Below, in pieces: positions 28,681-36,773 of a DNA stretch of 64,000 bases (position 1 is the stretch's first letter; each line of letters starts with the position of its first letter). Under the pieces are notes generated by a model. It saw only the letters and a program-made list of their open reading frames with translations, had not been told where the DNA came from and did not search any database. A program made the translations under genes and the position numbers. Location of the stretch: positions 248,001 to 312,000 of the IMG/VR virus record IMGVR_UViG_3300027996_002186. One strand, given 5' to 3'.

Positions 28681-30394
28681 ATTTTATATACTTTTCTATA
28701 TTTTTCAATCTTTCTAAATCATTTTTCATTATATCAATGTCATCAATATTACTATCATTATTCATATAATCTATAACTCCCGTTGGTGATGATGAATTAG
28801 AAAACATTTTATCTAAGCAATGTCTTATAGGTGTGGATTCTGGCTTAAATAAATTATTAATCATAACTTTTCTAATAGACTCAACTTTGCTACATAAAAA
28901 TATGTATTCTTCAATAGAATTTATTTCTTGTTTTAATAAGTAATCTTTTATATACGAACCTAAATATTTACAAATTTTAAGATATTCATTTAGTAGATCA
29001 AATTGTTTGCCTTTTTCTGGTATATCTATATATGTCTGATAATTTTTAGATATTTTATTTTTATAAAAAGAAGATCTTTCATTACTATCTTCATAAAGAA
29101 TTATTACTTTATTAAAATTTCTTTTAATTCTTTCTTCACTATATTCATCTTTAATGGATACCATTAAAGTCAAAATAGACTTATAAAATTGCTCAACATA
29201 GGTTCCAAATTCTGGTCTATTACTATTAATTGAGAAGTATGAATAATCTCCTAATATTGTTGTTGATATAAATTTTTGTAAATTTTTCAAGTCTATTGAC
29301 TTTACATTTATTCCCATTTTGGAAACCAAAATACCTATATATCTTTTAATATTATCGTTTTTAATATCATTATCACTCATTAATTTTAAAGCTCCTAGTC
29401 TATTTACAATTCTATCATTATTAGTTTCTGAACTTTTCTTAAATCCAGCATCTAACATTTTATCTAGATATATAACAACTGCAAAATCAGCATTTTCAAT
29501 ATCTTTCCAATTTTTATTATAAAGTGAGGTGTGTTCATCTTTATATTTAGACCAATTTTTTAATCTACCACGACCACTTAATGGTAAATTAAATATAAAT
29601 GGACTATCTATTTTTTCTTCAGGTTTATTATCGAAATCACTAATAATTAAAGGATAGGCACCTTCTGTATATTTATACACCAGTGAATGGTCATCATTTA
29701 TACTACCTGGGTTACCTAATGACCATGAATACATATGATTTCCACCCAACCAATTTGGAATTCCTATTGAAGAATCAGATCCCCAATTTTTCCAATCGTT
29801 ATTAGGGGGTGAGCTACCCGAAGAAACATCTTGTATAGCATATAATTGTGGATGTGGGGCATTGGTGTCTATATATATTTTACCCTTAGAAAAGCTATCA
29901 AAACTTAGTGAATTATTGAAACAACCAATAATATCATCACCATGTTTAAGATCATAATAATCAACAATTTTAGTTAATGTTCCGGTTTTTATATTTAATG
30001 TGTTTTTTATATATGATACAATTTCACTTGTCATAACATTTCTTTTGTTATTATCATTACTTTGCCACATGATAAAATCATCCATCTTTTTATCACCAAC
30101 ACCAGTATATCCTATAAACCCATCTTCTAAAGAGAACCAGAATTTTAAACAAAAAACACCTTTATCATTTGATACTTCATTATCTGAGTTTATTAATAAA
30201 GCTTTTTTAGCAGATAAATATTCAACATCATTATCTGATATCTTATCAATTGGGTAATCATAATTTTTCAAAATACTTTTTAACCCAATAACAAACTTTT
30301 TAGAATGTTTTTTACCAACCCTTTTACTAACATATTTTAATACTTTAGAAATTGCATCAGAATCAAACGCCTCATATAGATATAAATACTTCAT
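28667..30394 (-). CDS. Putative internal head protein
   Basis: MKYLYLYEAF; AATATATA at 30400-30407, 5 nt upstream. Confidence 0.7.
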   Translation of the reverse strand: MKYLYLYEAFDSDAISKVLKYVSKRVGKKHSKKFVIGLKSILKNYDYPIDKISDNDVEYLSAKKALLINSDNEVSNDKGVFCLKFWFSLEDGFIGYTGVGDKKMDDFIMWQSNDNNKRNVMTSEIVSYIKNTLNIKTGTLTKIVDYYDLKHGDDIIGCFNNSLSFDSFSKGKIYIDTNAPHPQLYAIQDVSSGSSPPNNDWKNWGSDSSIGIPNWLGGNHMYSWSLGNPGSINDDHSLVYKYTEGAYPLIISDFDNKPEEKIDSPFIFNLPLSGRGRLKNWSKYKDEHTSLYNKNWKDIENADFAVVIYLDKMLDAGFKKSSETNNDRIVNRLGALKLMSDNDIKNDNIKRYIGILVSKMGINVKSIDLKNLQKFISTTILGDYSYFSINSNRPEFGTYVEQFYKSILTLMVSIKDEYSEERIKRNFNKVIILYEDSNERSSFYKNKISKNYQTYIDIPEKGKQFDLLNEYLKICKYLGSYIKDYLLKQEINSIEEYIFLCSKVESIRKVMINNLFKPESTPIRHCLDKMFSNSSSPTGVIDYMNNDSNIDDIDIMKNDLERLKNIEKYIKSILN

Positions 30395-30439
30395 GTTATT
30401 ATATATTAAATTTTATTTTATAAATCTAAACTTTATTAC

Positions 30440-30447
30440 TATCTTTG
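30440..30447 (+). promoter_or_regulatory. TAnnTTTG promoter element
   Basis: TATCTTTG at 5' edge of candidate RNA. Confidence 0.5.
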
Positions 30448-30861
30448 TCTAAGATTTAAAGTCACTAAGATAATATATCGTGAGATAAGTTTAGACTTTC
30501 CATCCGGAGACCGATTAAAAGGATTTGGGTATATATAATATGGATGAGTTTTAGTGAAATTATGGTGGTAAGTAGCTGTTAAATAAGTTAACATCTTTGA
30601 TAAACCCAGTGAACCACCTTGTATATAACTATATAATACGTAAAGATGTAGGTGCTTAAAATGTGTTGGTGATAAAGTACTTCAAATAACTAAATGAATA
30701 ATCCCAACTCTATGAAGATTAAAACGAGTAGAAAGGTAACACTACTCAACCAAGGGTGATGAGCCCATTAAAAGGTAATCCTAAGTGATGAGGTCACTAA
30801 AAGTCAAGCAGAAGGTTCTAGGGTTCCGACCATACTTGACAGAAGTTCCAGAATCTTCATA
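30447..30861 (+). ncRNA. Candidate large structured non-coding RNA
   Basis: No ORF of 60 codons or more in the track; more than 10 helices including 10 bp 30711-30720/30852-30861 and 9 bp 30549-30557/30794-30802; family not recognised. Confidence 0.6.
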
Positions 30862-31022
30862 TTATTTCTGTGAATATGAGAAGAATAATTTTTACATATA
30901 ATGATAAAGTTCATAAGGGGATAGTTATTCCTGATAAAATGTTTTGGGGTAATTATAAAATTATATCAGATAATATGATTTTATCATATAGTTTAATTGA
31001 AAAAAAAATAATAAAAATAGAT

Positions 31023-31418
31023 ATGTTACTAAGAGAACAAATTAGCAAAGACTACATGACAGCTTTCAAAGAAAGAAATTTAGTAGCAAAGAGTTTACTT
31101 TCTGTTATTAAGGGAGAAATCCAAACAATTGAAAAAAACAAAATAAAAGAACTATCTGATGAAGAAGTAATGGCTATTTTGTTAAAAACAGCTAAGTCTC
31201 TAAAAGAAACTATTAAGTATGGTGGGGTTCAAGCATCTCTAGAATTAGCTATTGTTGAAGCTTACTTACCAAAACAAATGTCAAGAGAAGAAGTAACTGA
31301 AAAGTTAACTGAGCTTGTAAACTCTGGTGTCACTAAAATGGGTGTTGTTATGAAGGAGTTCGCTGGGTTCAACGACAAGAAGATGGTTTCTGAAATTTTC
31401 AGAGAATTAACAAAATAA
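31023..31418 (+). CDS. yqeY: GatB/YqeY domain protein
   Basis: Start moved to MLLREQISKDYMTAFKER; LSDEEV, VEAYLPKQMSREE, MGVVMK. Confidence 0.85.
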   Translation: MLLREQISKDYMTAFKERNLVAKSLLSVIKGEIQTIEKNKIKELSDEEVMAILLKTAKSLKETIKYGGVQASLELAIVEAYLPKQMSREEVTEKLTELVNSGVTKMGVVMKEFAGFNDKKMVSEIFRELTK

Positions 31419-31430
31419 TTTAGGAAAGAT

Positions 31431-31459
31431 AAAGACTCAGAGTAATCTGGGTCTTTTTT
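31431..31459 (+). terminator. Intrinsic terminator
   Basis: AAGACTCAGA-GTAA-TCTGGGTCTTTTTT. Confidence 0.8.
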
Positions 31460-31610
31460 ATTTCTATTGTATTATATTTTTTATATATACATTATGTCAA
31501 AAACAATCTATAATTATAGAACCGTTTGACTCATTAATAAACGATAGATAGTCTAATATCATAAAACTTTTTTGTACTTTTTGTATATATTAAAAAAAGA
31601 ATAGTTAAAT

Positions 31611-31823
31611 ATGAGTGATTTTAAACCAAGTGGTATAATAACAGAGCGTGATTATACTGGGAAAACATTGGAAGAAGCAACAAATGAAGCTCGCAAACGT
31701 GGATTTGTAGTTAGAATAGTTGAAACTAATGGTAATTCTGTAATGTTAGATATGTCTGTTAGTGGATCTAGAATAAATTTCAGAGTATCTAATGGTATTA
31801 TAACAGCAGCTTTCGGTGGATAA
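31611..31823 (+). CDS. Peptidase inhibitor I78-like small protein
   Basis: YTGKTLEEA...VRIV...MLDMSVSGSRINFRVSNGIITAAFGG resembles I78 xMDYRxDRxN pattern. Confidence 0.5.
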   Translation: MSDFKPSGIITERDYTGKTLEEATNEARKRGFVVRIVETNGNSVMLDMSVSGSRINFRVSNGIITAAFGG

Positions 31824-31824
31824 T

Positions 31825-32247
31825 ATGATGTATAAGATAGATAAACAACAAGCATATCATTCCTTTACGGTTATGCCCAAAGATTGTAATTTCAATAAAA
31901 GGGATAATGGCGGTAATGATACACTATTTGGAGGTAAGTTAATGTATGAGATGGATTATGCTGGTGCTAAAATAGCTAGAAGAGCTACTTATGGTATCGA
32001 TATTGACATGATAGTAACTGCTTCAACTGACAGGATTAACTTTGAGAAACCTGCCTTTATTGGTGATTTGGTAACTATGGAAGCCACTATTAAAGCTTAT
32101 GGTAAATCATCTATACAAATACGTATAAAGGTAAGGAGAGAAGATTTGAAAGGTGAGGTAGAACAAATTTGCTCAGCTAATATGACTTTTGTTACTATAA
32201 AAGGTGGTAAGCCGATAACTCATGGATTATGCTTTACTAAAAATTAA
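31825..32247 (+). CDS. Acyl-CoA thioesterase (hotdog fold, YciA-like)
   Basis: VMPKDCN, LFGGKLMYEMD, VTAS, INFEKPAFIGD, ANMTFV. Confidence 0.85.
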   Translation: MMYKIDKQQAYHSFTVMPKDCNFNKRDNGGNDTLFGGKLMYEMDYAGAKIARRATYGIDIDMIVTASTDRINFEKPAFIGDLVTMEATIKAYGKSSIQIRIKVRREDLKGEVEQICSANMTFVTIKGGKPITHGLCFTKN

Positions 32248-32254
32248 TATTAAT

Positions 32255-32524
32255 ATGAATTCAACTAGATTAGATTTAATTAAAGATGGTGATGTAGTTA
32301 TAATAGTTGGGAATAATCAACCATTTAAGGTTTTTAGTAAGAGTAGTTTGTCTAGGAAAGTTAAGGGTATTTGGTTATTAACAGGTGATGAAATTTTTTT
32401 AGATGGTGGAGAAGCTACATTACCAACAGACCAAGATTGGATACTATCATTAGTTGAGAAACTAGAAAATGATAAAATCGAAATTGATAAAAGAATCAAA
32501 TCTATAAAATCTATTGTTAATTAA
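32255..32524 (+). CDS. Small hypothetical protein with RxxS tag
   Basis: Start moved to 32255; ends RIKSIKSIVN. Confidence 0.6.
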   Translation: MNSTRLDLIKDGDVVIIVGNNQPFKVFSKSSLSRKVKGIWLLTGDEIFLDGGEATLPTDQDWILSLVEKLENDKIEIDKRIKSIKSIVN

Positions 32525-32637
32525 AACAATCAAAAATACCTATGAAAAAGGTATTAAAATTCACCAACATACCCTATTAAAAAATATAAAATATAGAATT
32601 AAATCTAAATTTGATTGGTGATCAACAATAAAAAACC

Positions 32638-32645
32638 TATATTTG
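32638..32645 (+). promoter_or_regulatory. TAnnTTTG promoter element
   Basis: TATATTTG 7 nt before leader-peptide ATG. Confidence 0.65.
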
Positions 32646-32652
32646 TAACATA

Positions 32653-32697
32653 ATGAAACATTTACACACATATAAAATTATGATTGACTGGGGTTAA
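32653..32697 (+). CDS. Putative hisS attenuator leader peptide MKHLHTYKIMIDWG
   Basis: 14 aa, His codons at 3 and 5; codons 11-14 form the antiterminator arm. Confidence 0.7.
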   Translation: MKHLHTYKIMIDWG

Positions 32698-32751
32698 TAC
32701 CAGCTACACATTATATATGTATAGCCTAGTCAATTTTGACTGGGTTTTTTT
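32683..32751 (+). promoter_or_regulatory. Attenuator: antiterminator/terminator switch
   Basis: ATTGACTGGG (32683-32692) pairs with CCTAGTCAAT (32725-32734), mutually exclusive with terminator CCTAGTCA/TGACTGGG (32725-32744) followed by T7. Confidence 0.75.
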
Positions 32752-32784
32752 ATGCAAAAAATAAATGATTAAAAAATTATAAAG

Positions 32785-33420
32785 ATGGAAATTAAAATTG
32801 ATAGTACTTACAAAGGAACAAGAATCCTTTTTGCGGAAACAGCTAAGAGTAAACGAGTTTTACTTAATGATATGATTGAAATACTTGAGTCTTATGGATA
32901 TCAAGAAATTATGATACCTATCATTCAAAAGCAAGAAACTTTCGAATTGAAGGTTGGTGATGAAAACCAAAATATGATGTATAACTTCAAAGACAGAGGT
33001 AACAGAGATTTATGTTTATCACCAGAATACACAGCAATTGTTCAACAATTAGCTTCTAATAGAATGAAATTTGACAAAGATGTTAAGATGTTCTACATAG
33101 GAGAATGTTTTCGTGGAGAGAATACGCAAAGGGGTAGATGGAGACAATTTACACAATTTGGTGTTGAAGTCTTGAATCCAAGTAAAGATTACTCAGACGA
33201 GATGGTTGAAATTGCTACTAAACTAATTCAATTAGTTACAAAAAATTATGAACTAAACACAGAAGCAACAAGAGGTCTAGATTACTATGATGGTGGAAAA
33301 GGATTCGAAATCGCTTGTCCTGAGTTGGGAGCCGCTAAACAAATTTGTGGAGGTGGGTCTTATAAAGGAGGAGTAGGGTTTGCAATAGGTGTGGATAGAT
33401 TACTATTATGCAACAAATAA
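32785..33420 (+). CDS. hisS: Minimal histidyl-tRNA synthetase catalytic domain
   Basis: LSPEYT, motif 2 FRGENTQRGRWRQFTQFGVE, RGLDYY, GGGSY, motif 3 GFAIGVDRL; only 211 aa, no anticodon domain. Confidence 0.85.
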   Translation: MEIKIDSTYKGTRILFAETAKSKRVLLNDMIEILESYGYQEIMIPIIQKQETFELKVGDENQNMMYNFKDRGNRDLCLSPEYTAIVQQLASNRMKFDKDVKMFYIGECFRGENTQRGRWRQFTQFGVEVLNPSKDYSDEMVEIATKLIQLVTKNYELNTEATRGLDYYDGGKGFEIACPELGAAKQICGGGSYKGGVGFAIGVDRLLLCNK

Positions 33421-33451
33421 GATATTTAAATTTTAATAAAGTAAGTGATAG

Positions 33452-33562
33452 ATGGGCATCGATGTAAAAATCACATTTAAGACTGTTAAAGAACAACGAA
33501 AGTTTATTAATAGTCATGAGACCATACTTTATTACCAACACTATATGTCCCTACACTCATAA
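33452..33562 (+). CDS. Possible 36 aa ORF
   Basis: MGIDVKITFKTVKEQRKFINSHETILYYQHYMSLHS; no recognised motif. Confidence 0.3.
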   Translation: MGIDVKITFKTVKEQRKFINSHETILYYQHYMSLHS

Positions 33563-33576
33563 ACTATGTATATTTT

Positions 33577-34950
33577 TTAATCTGTTGTTACTATCCACCC
33601 CTTTGTTATTAAATCATTCTTAGCCGTTACTCCATCATAACCACCAGAACTTCCATCTGGAGCTATATTTGATGATATGTTTATTTGTCTACCTGTGAAT
33701 CCAGCGGTACACCCATTATTAACATTAACTAAAAATTTATTAACTTCTACAACACCAAGTGAATTATCATGCACCTCATATCGGGCATTATTAACATCAC
33801 CCCATTGTGTGAATTTTTCAAACCCATTAAGAGCGGTTAAGCCACATCCATAATATTTTACTGATACAATTATCGCATTAGATCCAGTTGGAGCTGTTAC
33901 TTGGGTTAAGTTAGGGTTATTCCATCCATCTAAATATAATTGAGGACCTTCCCATAAGGTTAAATCTTTCATATCTAGATGTCCAACTAAATCACAATCA
34001 TTGAATCGGATTATATACCAAGTGCCTAATGTAGCTCCTGGTAGTGTAACAGTTTGTAACAACGGACAGTTTTGGCAATCTATCCAGAGTTGTACACTAT
34101 TTTGCCACCCAAGAACACTAAAATCAATTTCATTAACTGCTGTGTCGTATATACTCATCGTCCTCATTGTGGAAGTTCCATCAAAATAGATATTTTGTAT
34201 ATTACCTGTGGCTCCAGTTATACCAGTACCCTTTATATGAAATTGACTATTTAAATTTTGGTTTGTGAAATCAGCATCCCAGTTGTTCGCATCCCCAGCA
34301 CTTGGACCAACAGCCACTAAATCTGACCTCCAAAAAAACTGACCTCCTGAATCAGAATTAACATCATTTAATTTTATCCTATCAAAATTAACAGTACTAC
34401 CTAGTGTGTAAAGTGAATTAAAACCACCCCACTGAGTTGTATCAAATGTACTATCCGTAATACCTTGTATATTTATCGATCCACTATTACTTCGAAAGTA
34501 TAAACTTGTATTATTACCAAGAGGAGTAGATAAGTATTGTGTTGGCATAATTATAGAAGCTGTTGCTGTGCTAGGTAAATAAAATTTCCTCATATAATTA
34601 TAATTTGAGAAATCCAAAGTTCCCCAATCAACCCCACTTGGTGCACTAAATTGCCACCCACCGAAACTATTTATGGGATCTCTACCATATACCCTTATGG
34701 TATAACTACCAGTAACACCATAAGAATGTCCCAGGAATGGACTATCATCTATATTTTGTGTATCACTACCATCACCCCAATCAATTTCAAAAGTACCGTG
34801 ATAAAAATCGTAAGATTTGGCTCCTCCATAGTTTGTAAGCGCGGGGGTAAATGCACAATTATATGTTGTGGGTGGAGAAGTTACATTAATATTTATTTCG
34901 ATATAATCATTCTCATTCTTTTCTCTAAATTGTCTGCTAAGTCCTATCAT
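33577..34950 (-). CDS. Fibre-associated / receptor-binding protein with PKD-like and LRR-like repeats
   Basis: IDWGDG...HSYGVTGSYTI; repeated NxxLxxVxxP units. Confidence 0.6.
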   Translation of the reverse strand: MIGLSRQFREKNENDYIEININVTSPPTTYNCAFTPALTNYGGAKSYDFYHGTFEIDWGDGSDTQNIDDSPFLGHSYGVTGSYTIRVYGRDPINSFGGWQFSAPSGVDWGTLDFSNYNYMRKFYLPSTATASIIMPTQYLSTPLGNNTSLYFRSNSGSINIQGITDSTFDTTQWGGFNSLYTLGSTVNFDRIKLNDVNSDSGGQFFWRSDLVAVGPSAGDANNWDADFTNQNLNSQFHIKGTGITGATGNIQNIYFDGTSTMRTMSIYDTAVNEIDFSVLGWQNSVQLWIDCQNCPLLQTVTLPGATLGTWYIIRFNDCDLVGHLDMKDLTLWEGPQLYLDGWNNPNLTQVTAPTGSNAIIVSVKYYGCGLTALNGFEKFTQWGDVNNARYEVHDNSLGVVEVNKFLVNVNNGCTAGFTGRQINISSNIAPDGSSGGYDGVTAKNDLITKGWIVTTD

Positions 34951-34952
34951 AA

Positions 34953-36770
34953 TTATGTGAAATTTTTACCAAATGACGCATAATAATCAGTACCGTCATA
35001 TACCATAGTTACTAAATCTAAAGCGTTGTCGATACTAGTAGGTATTAATGAAACACCACTTTCCCATTTAATAGATGTTGGCCAATTTACAGTAGTTAAG
35101 TTAGATCCTTGTATTATTTTAATAGTATATGTTCCTCCAGTTTTTTGGTTTGAGAAACTAAATGTAACTCCTGTTGGAGCACTTTGGAAATCAACAACTT
35201 GTATATTACCATTATCCCAATCTATATTTTGTGAATTGGTTGATGGGCTTAATGTGACGGGTATATCAACATAAACTTGCCCAGTTATTTTAATATTCCC
35301 AACAACCTCTACCTTTTCAACTGGTGAGGCTGTACCAAATCCAGAAAATCCAGTTGATTCTGAAAAAACTACATCAGCCGATTCTGGTAAAATAGTTATG
35401 GTCTTTCCACTTCCACTATCTACGTCTAATATCATTCCATCCAGTCCCGAATTGGCCTTCATAACTAACATATTCTGGTATTTGGGTGATCCACCACTAG
35501 TTAAATATGTCGGAGAGAAATATGCAAATTGTCCATGAACTTTATTTGCTGGTGTTGTGAAATCACCAACGATAAACCTAGCAACAGCATTAGTACCAGA
35601 TGTGTCAGAATTATGTAACATATGTACGGTGTCTCCATCATGATCAAACCAAGTAACTGATCCCTGTGCAGTTCCACCAAGTGTTGTTATTGTATCTGAG
35701 TGTATTAAATAATCACCCGTTATATTAACATCACCAAAAACAGTTAACATATTATCAGCCGATGCTGTTCCTATACCAACACCAGTATCGTCCGATGATG
35801 CTAAAGAATCTGTTAATCCAGTTGCCGATGACCACTTAGGTATATAATTTGTTGTTCCTGTTCCAGAAATTCCCGAAGGTGTCTCCCAAGAACCAACACC
35901 ATCTCCAGCAACATCTGTTAGTACTTTACCAACCCCTTCATTACCATCAACCATTCTAATTGAACCACCAACGTGAAGTTGTTCTGTTGGTGTAAGTTCA
36001 CCAATTCCTACATTACCATCATTGGTGAGTAAAGCATAATTGTTATTACCGTTTATAGCATTGAAATATCCACCAACATTATTCCCAGCTGCGTGAGTTC
36101 CTTCTATTGAAACGAAATATCCATATACTGCATTTGCTCCCGACTTAGTAGTATTACTTAAAATTCTAGACCCATATATTGGATTCGTTGCATCAGCCTT
36201 TTGTTGTATGATGTAGTGAGCCGTATTGTGTGTCGTAGCCACTTGATAGAATTGATAGGAAGGAGTATTTCCTTGACCTATTGACCAACTTGCATCAACA
36301 TTCGTAGTTTTCAATCCTCCCGAACCTGAAAACTCTATATCAAATCCACTTGTGTTTACTATAATGTCAGATGGTAAAGCACCACTTCCTCCGTATATAC
36401 CAGTATTTTTTGAATCAACATAAGCAATTGAAGATACAGTTCCAAAATCAACCTCTAATTGGTTATTTGATTTTGTTAATCCAGAACCAGCTTCTGTTAT
36501 TATTGTAGATTCAGACCCAGATAAACCAGCTACCCAGTAATCTGTTGTTTCATTCCAAATTAATCTAGAATTTGTACTATTCCCCCTATTTATTTCTATA
36601 CCAGAATCCAATACAGGAGATCCAGAAAATGTAGCATTTAATGTTATTATATTATCAGATACATATAATTCTTCTACATTTAGAGAAGTTTGTGTTCCTG
36701 ATATAACCATATTCCCCAATACAGTTAAGTCTCCACCTAGTATTTCTGTATTACCGTATATTTTTGGCAT
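34953..36770 (-). CDS. Tail fibre protein
   Basis: Gly/Ser/Thr rich; GNVGIG.xP.E.L.V.G repeats; C-terminal DWDNGNIQ...IKW domain. Confidence 0.75.
   Translation of the reverse strand: MPKIYGNTEILGGDLTVLGNMVISGTQTSLNVEELYVSDNIITLNATFSGSPVLDSGIEINRGNSTNSRLIWNETTDYWVAGLSGSESTIITEAGSGLTKSNNQLEVDFGTVSSIAYVDSKNTGIYGGSGALPSDIIVNTSGFDIEFSGSGGLKTTNVDASWSIGQGNTPSYQFYQVATTHNTAHYIIQQKADATNPIYGSRILSNTTKSGANAVYGYFVSIEGTHAAGNNVGGYFNAINGNNNYALLTNDGNVGIGELTPTEQLHVGGSIRMVDGNEGVGKVLTDVAGDGVGSWETPSGISGTGTTNYIPKWSSATGLTDSLASSDDTGVGIGTASADNMLTVFGDVNITGDYLIHSDTITTLGGTAQGSVTWFDHDGDTVHMLHNSDTSGTNAVARFIVGDFTTPANKVHGQFAYFSPTYLTSGGSPKYQNMLVMKANSGLDGMILDVDSGSGKTITILPESADVVFSESTGFSGFGTASPVEKVEVVGNIKITGQVYVDIPVTLSPSTNSQNIDWDNGNIQVVDFQSAPTGVTFSFSNQKTGGTYTIKIIQGSNLTTVNWPTSIKWESGVSLIPTSIDNALDLVTMVYDGTDYYASFGKNFT
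36414..36680. repeat. Module shared between two fibre genes (copy 1)
   Basis: EELYVSDNIITLNAT...GLSGSESTIITEAGSGLTK...VDFGTVSSIAYVD; copy 2 at about 38658-38927. Confidence 0.85.
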
Positions 36771-36773
36771 CCC

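Noticed and set aside
30447-30861. tmRNA as partner of SmpB
   Set aside because: No tRNA-like acceptor/T arm (GGGG 5' end, TTCGA loop, CCA); the best short frame ends DVGA*, not a convincing tag
30447-30861. RNase P RNA, hammerhead ribozyme or group I/II intron
   Set aside because: ACAGAA is present but there is no GAGGAAAGTCC/CGGCTTA P4; GTGATGAG lacks the C of CUGAUGA and a properly placed GAAA; no P7 or domain V motifs
30870-31022. N-terminal extension of YqeY in the ORF track
   Set aside because: GTG-started extension has no family similarity; YqeY-like sequence begins at ATG 31023
32785-33420. HisZ (ATP-PRT regulatory subunit)
   Set aside because: Retains RGLDYY and an intact motif 2/3, which HisZ loses; no hisG nearby
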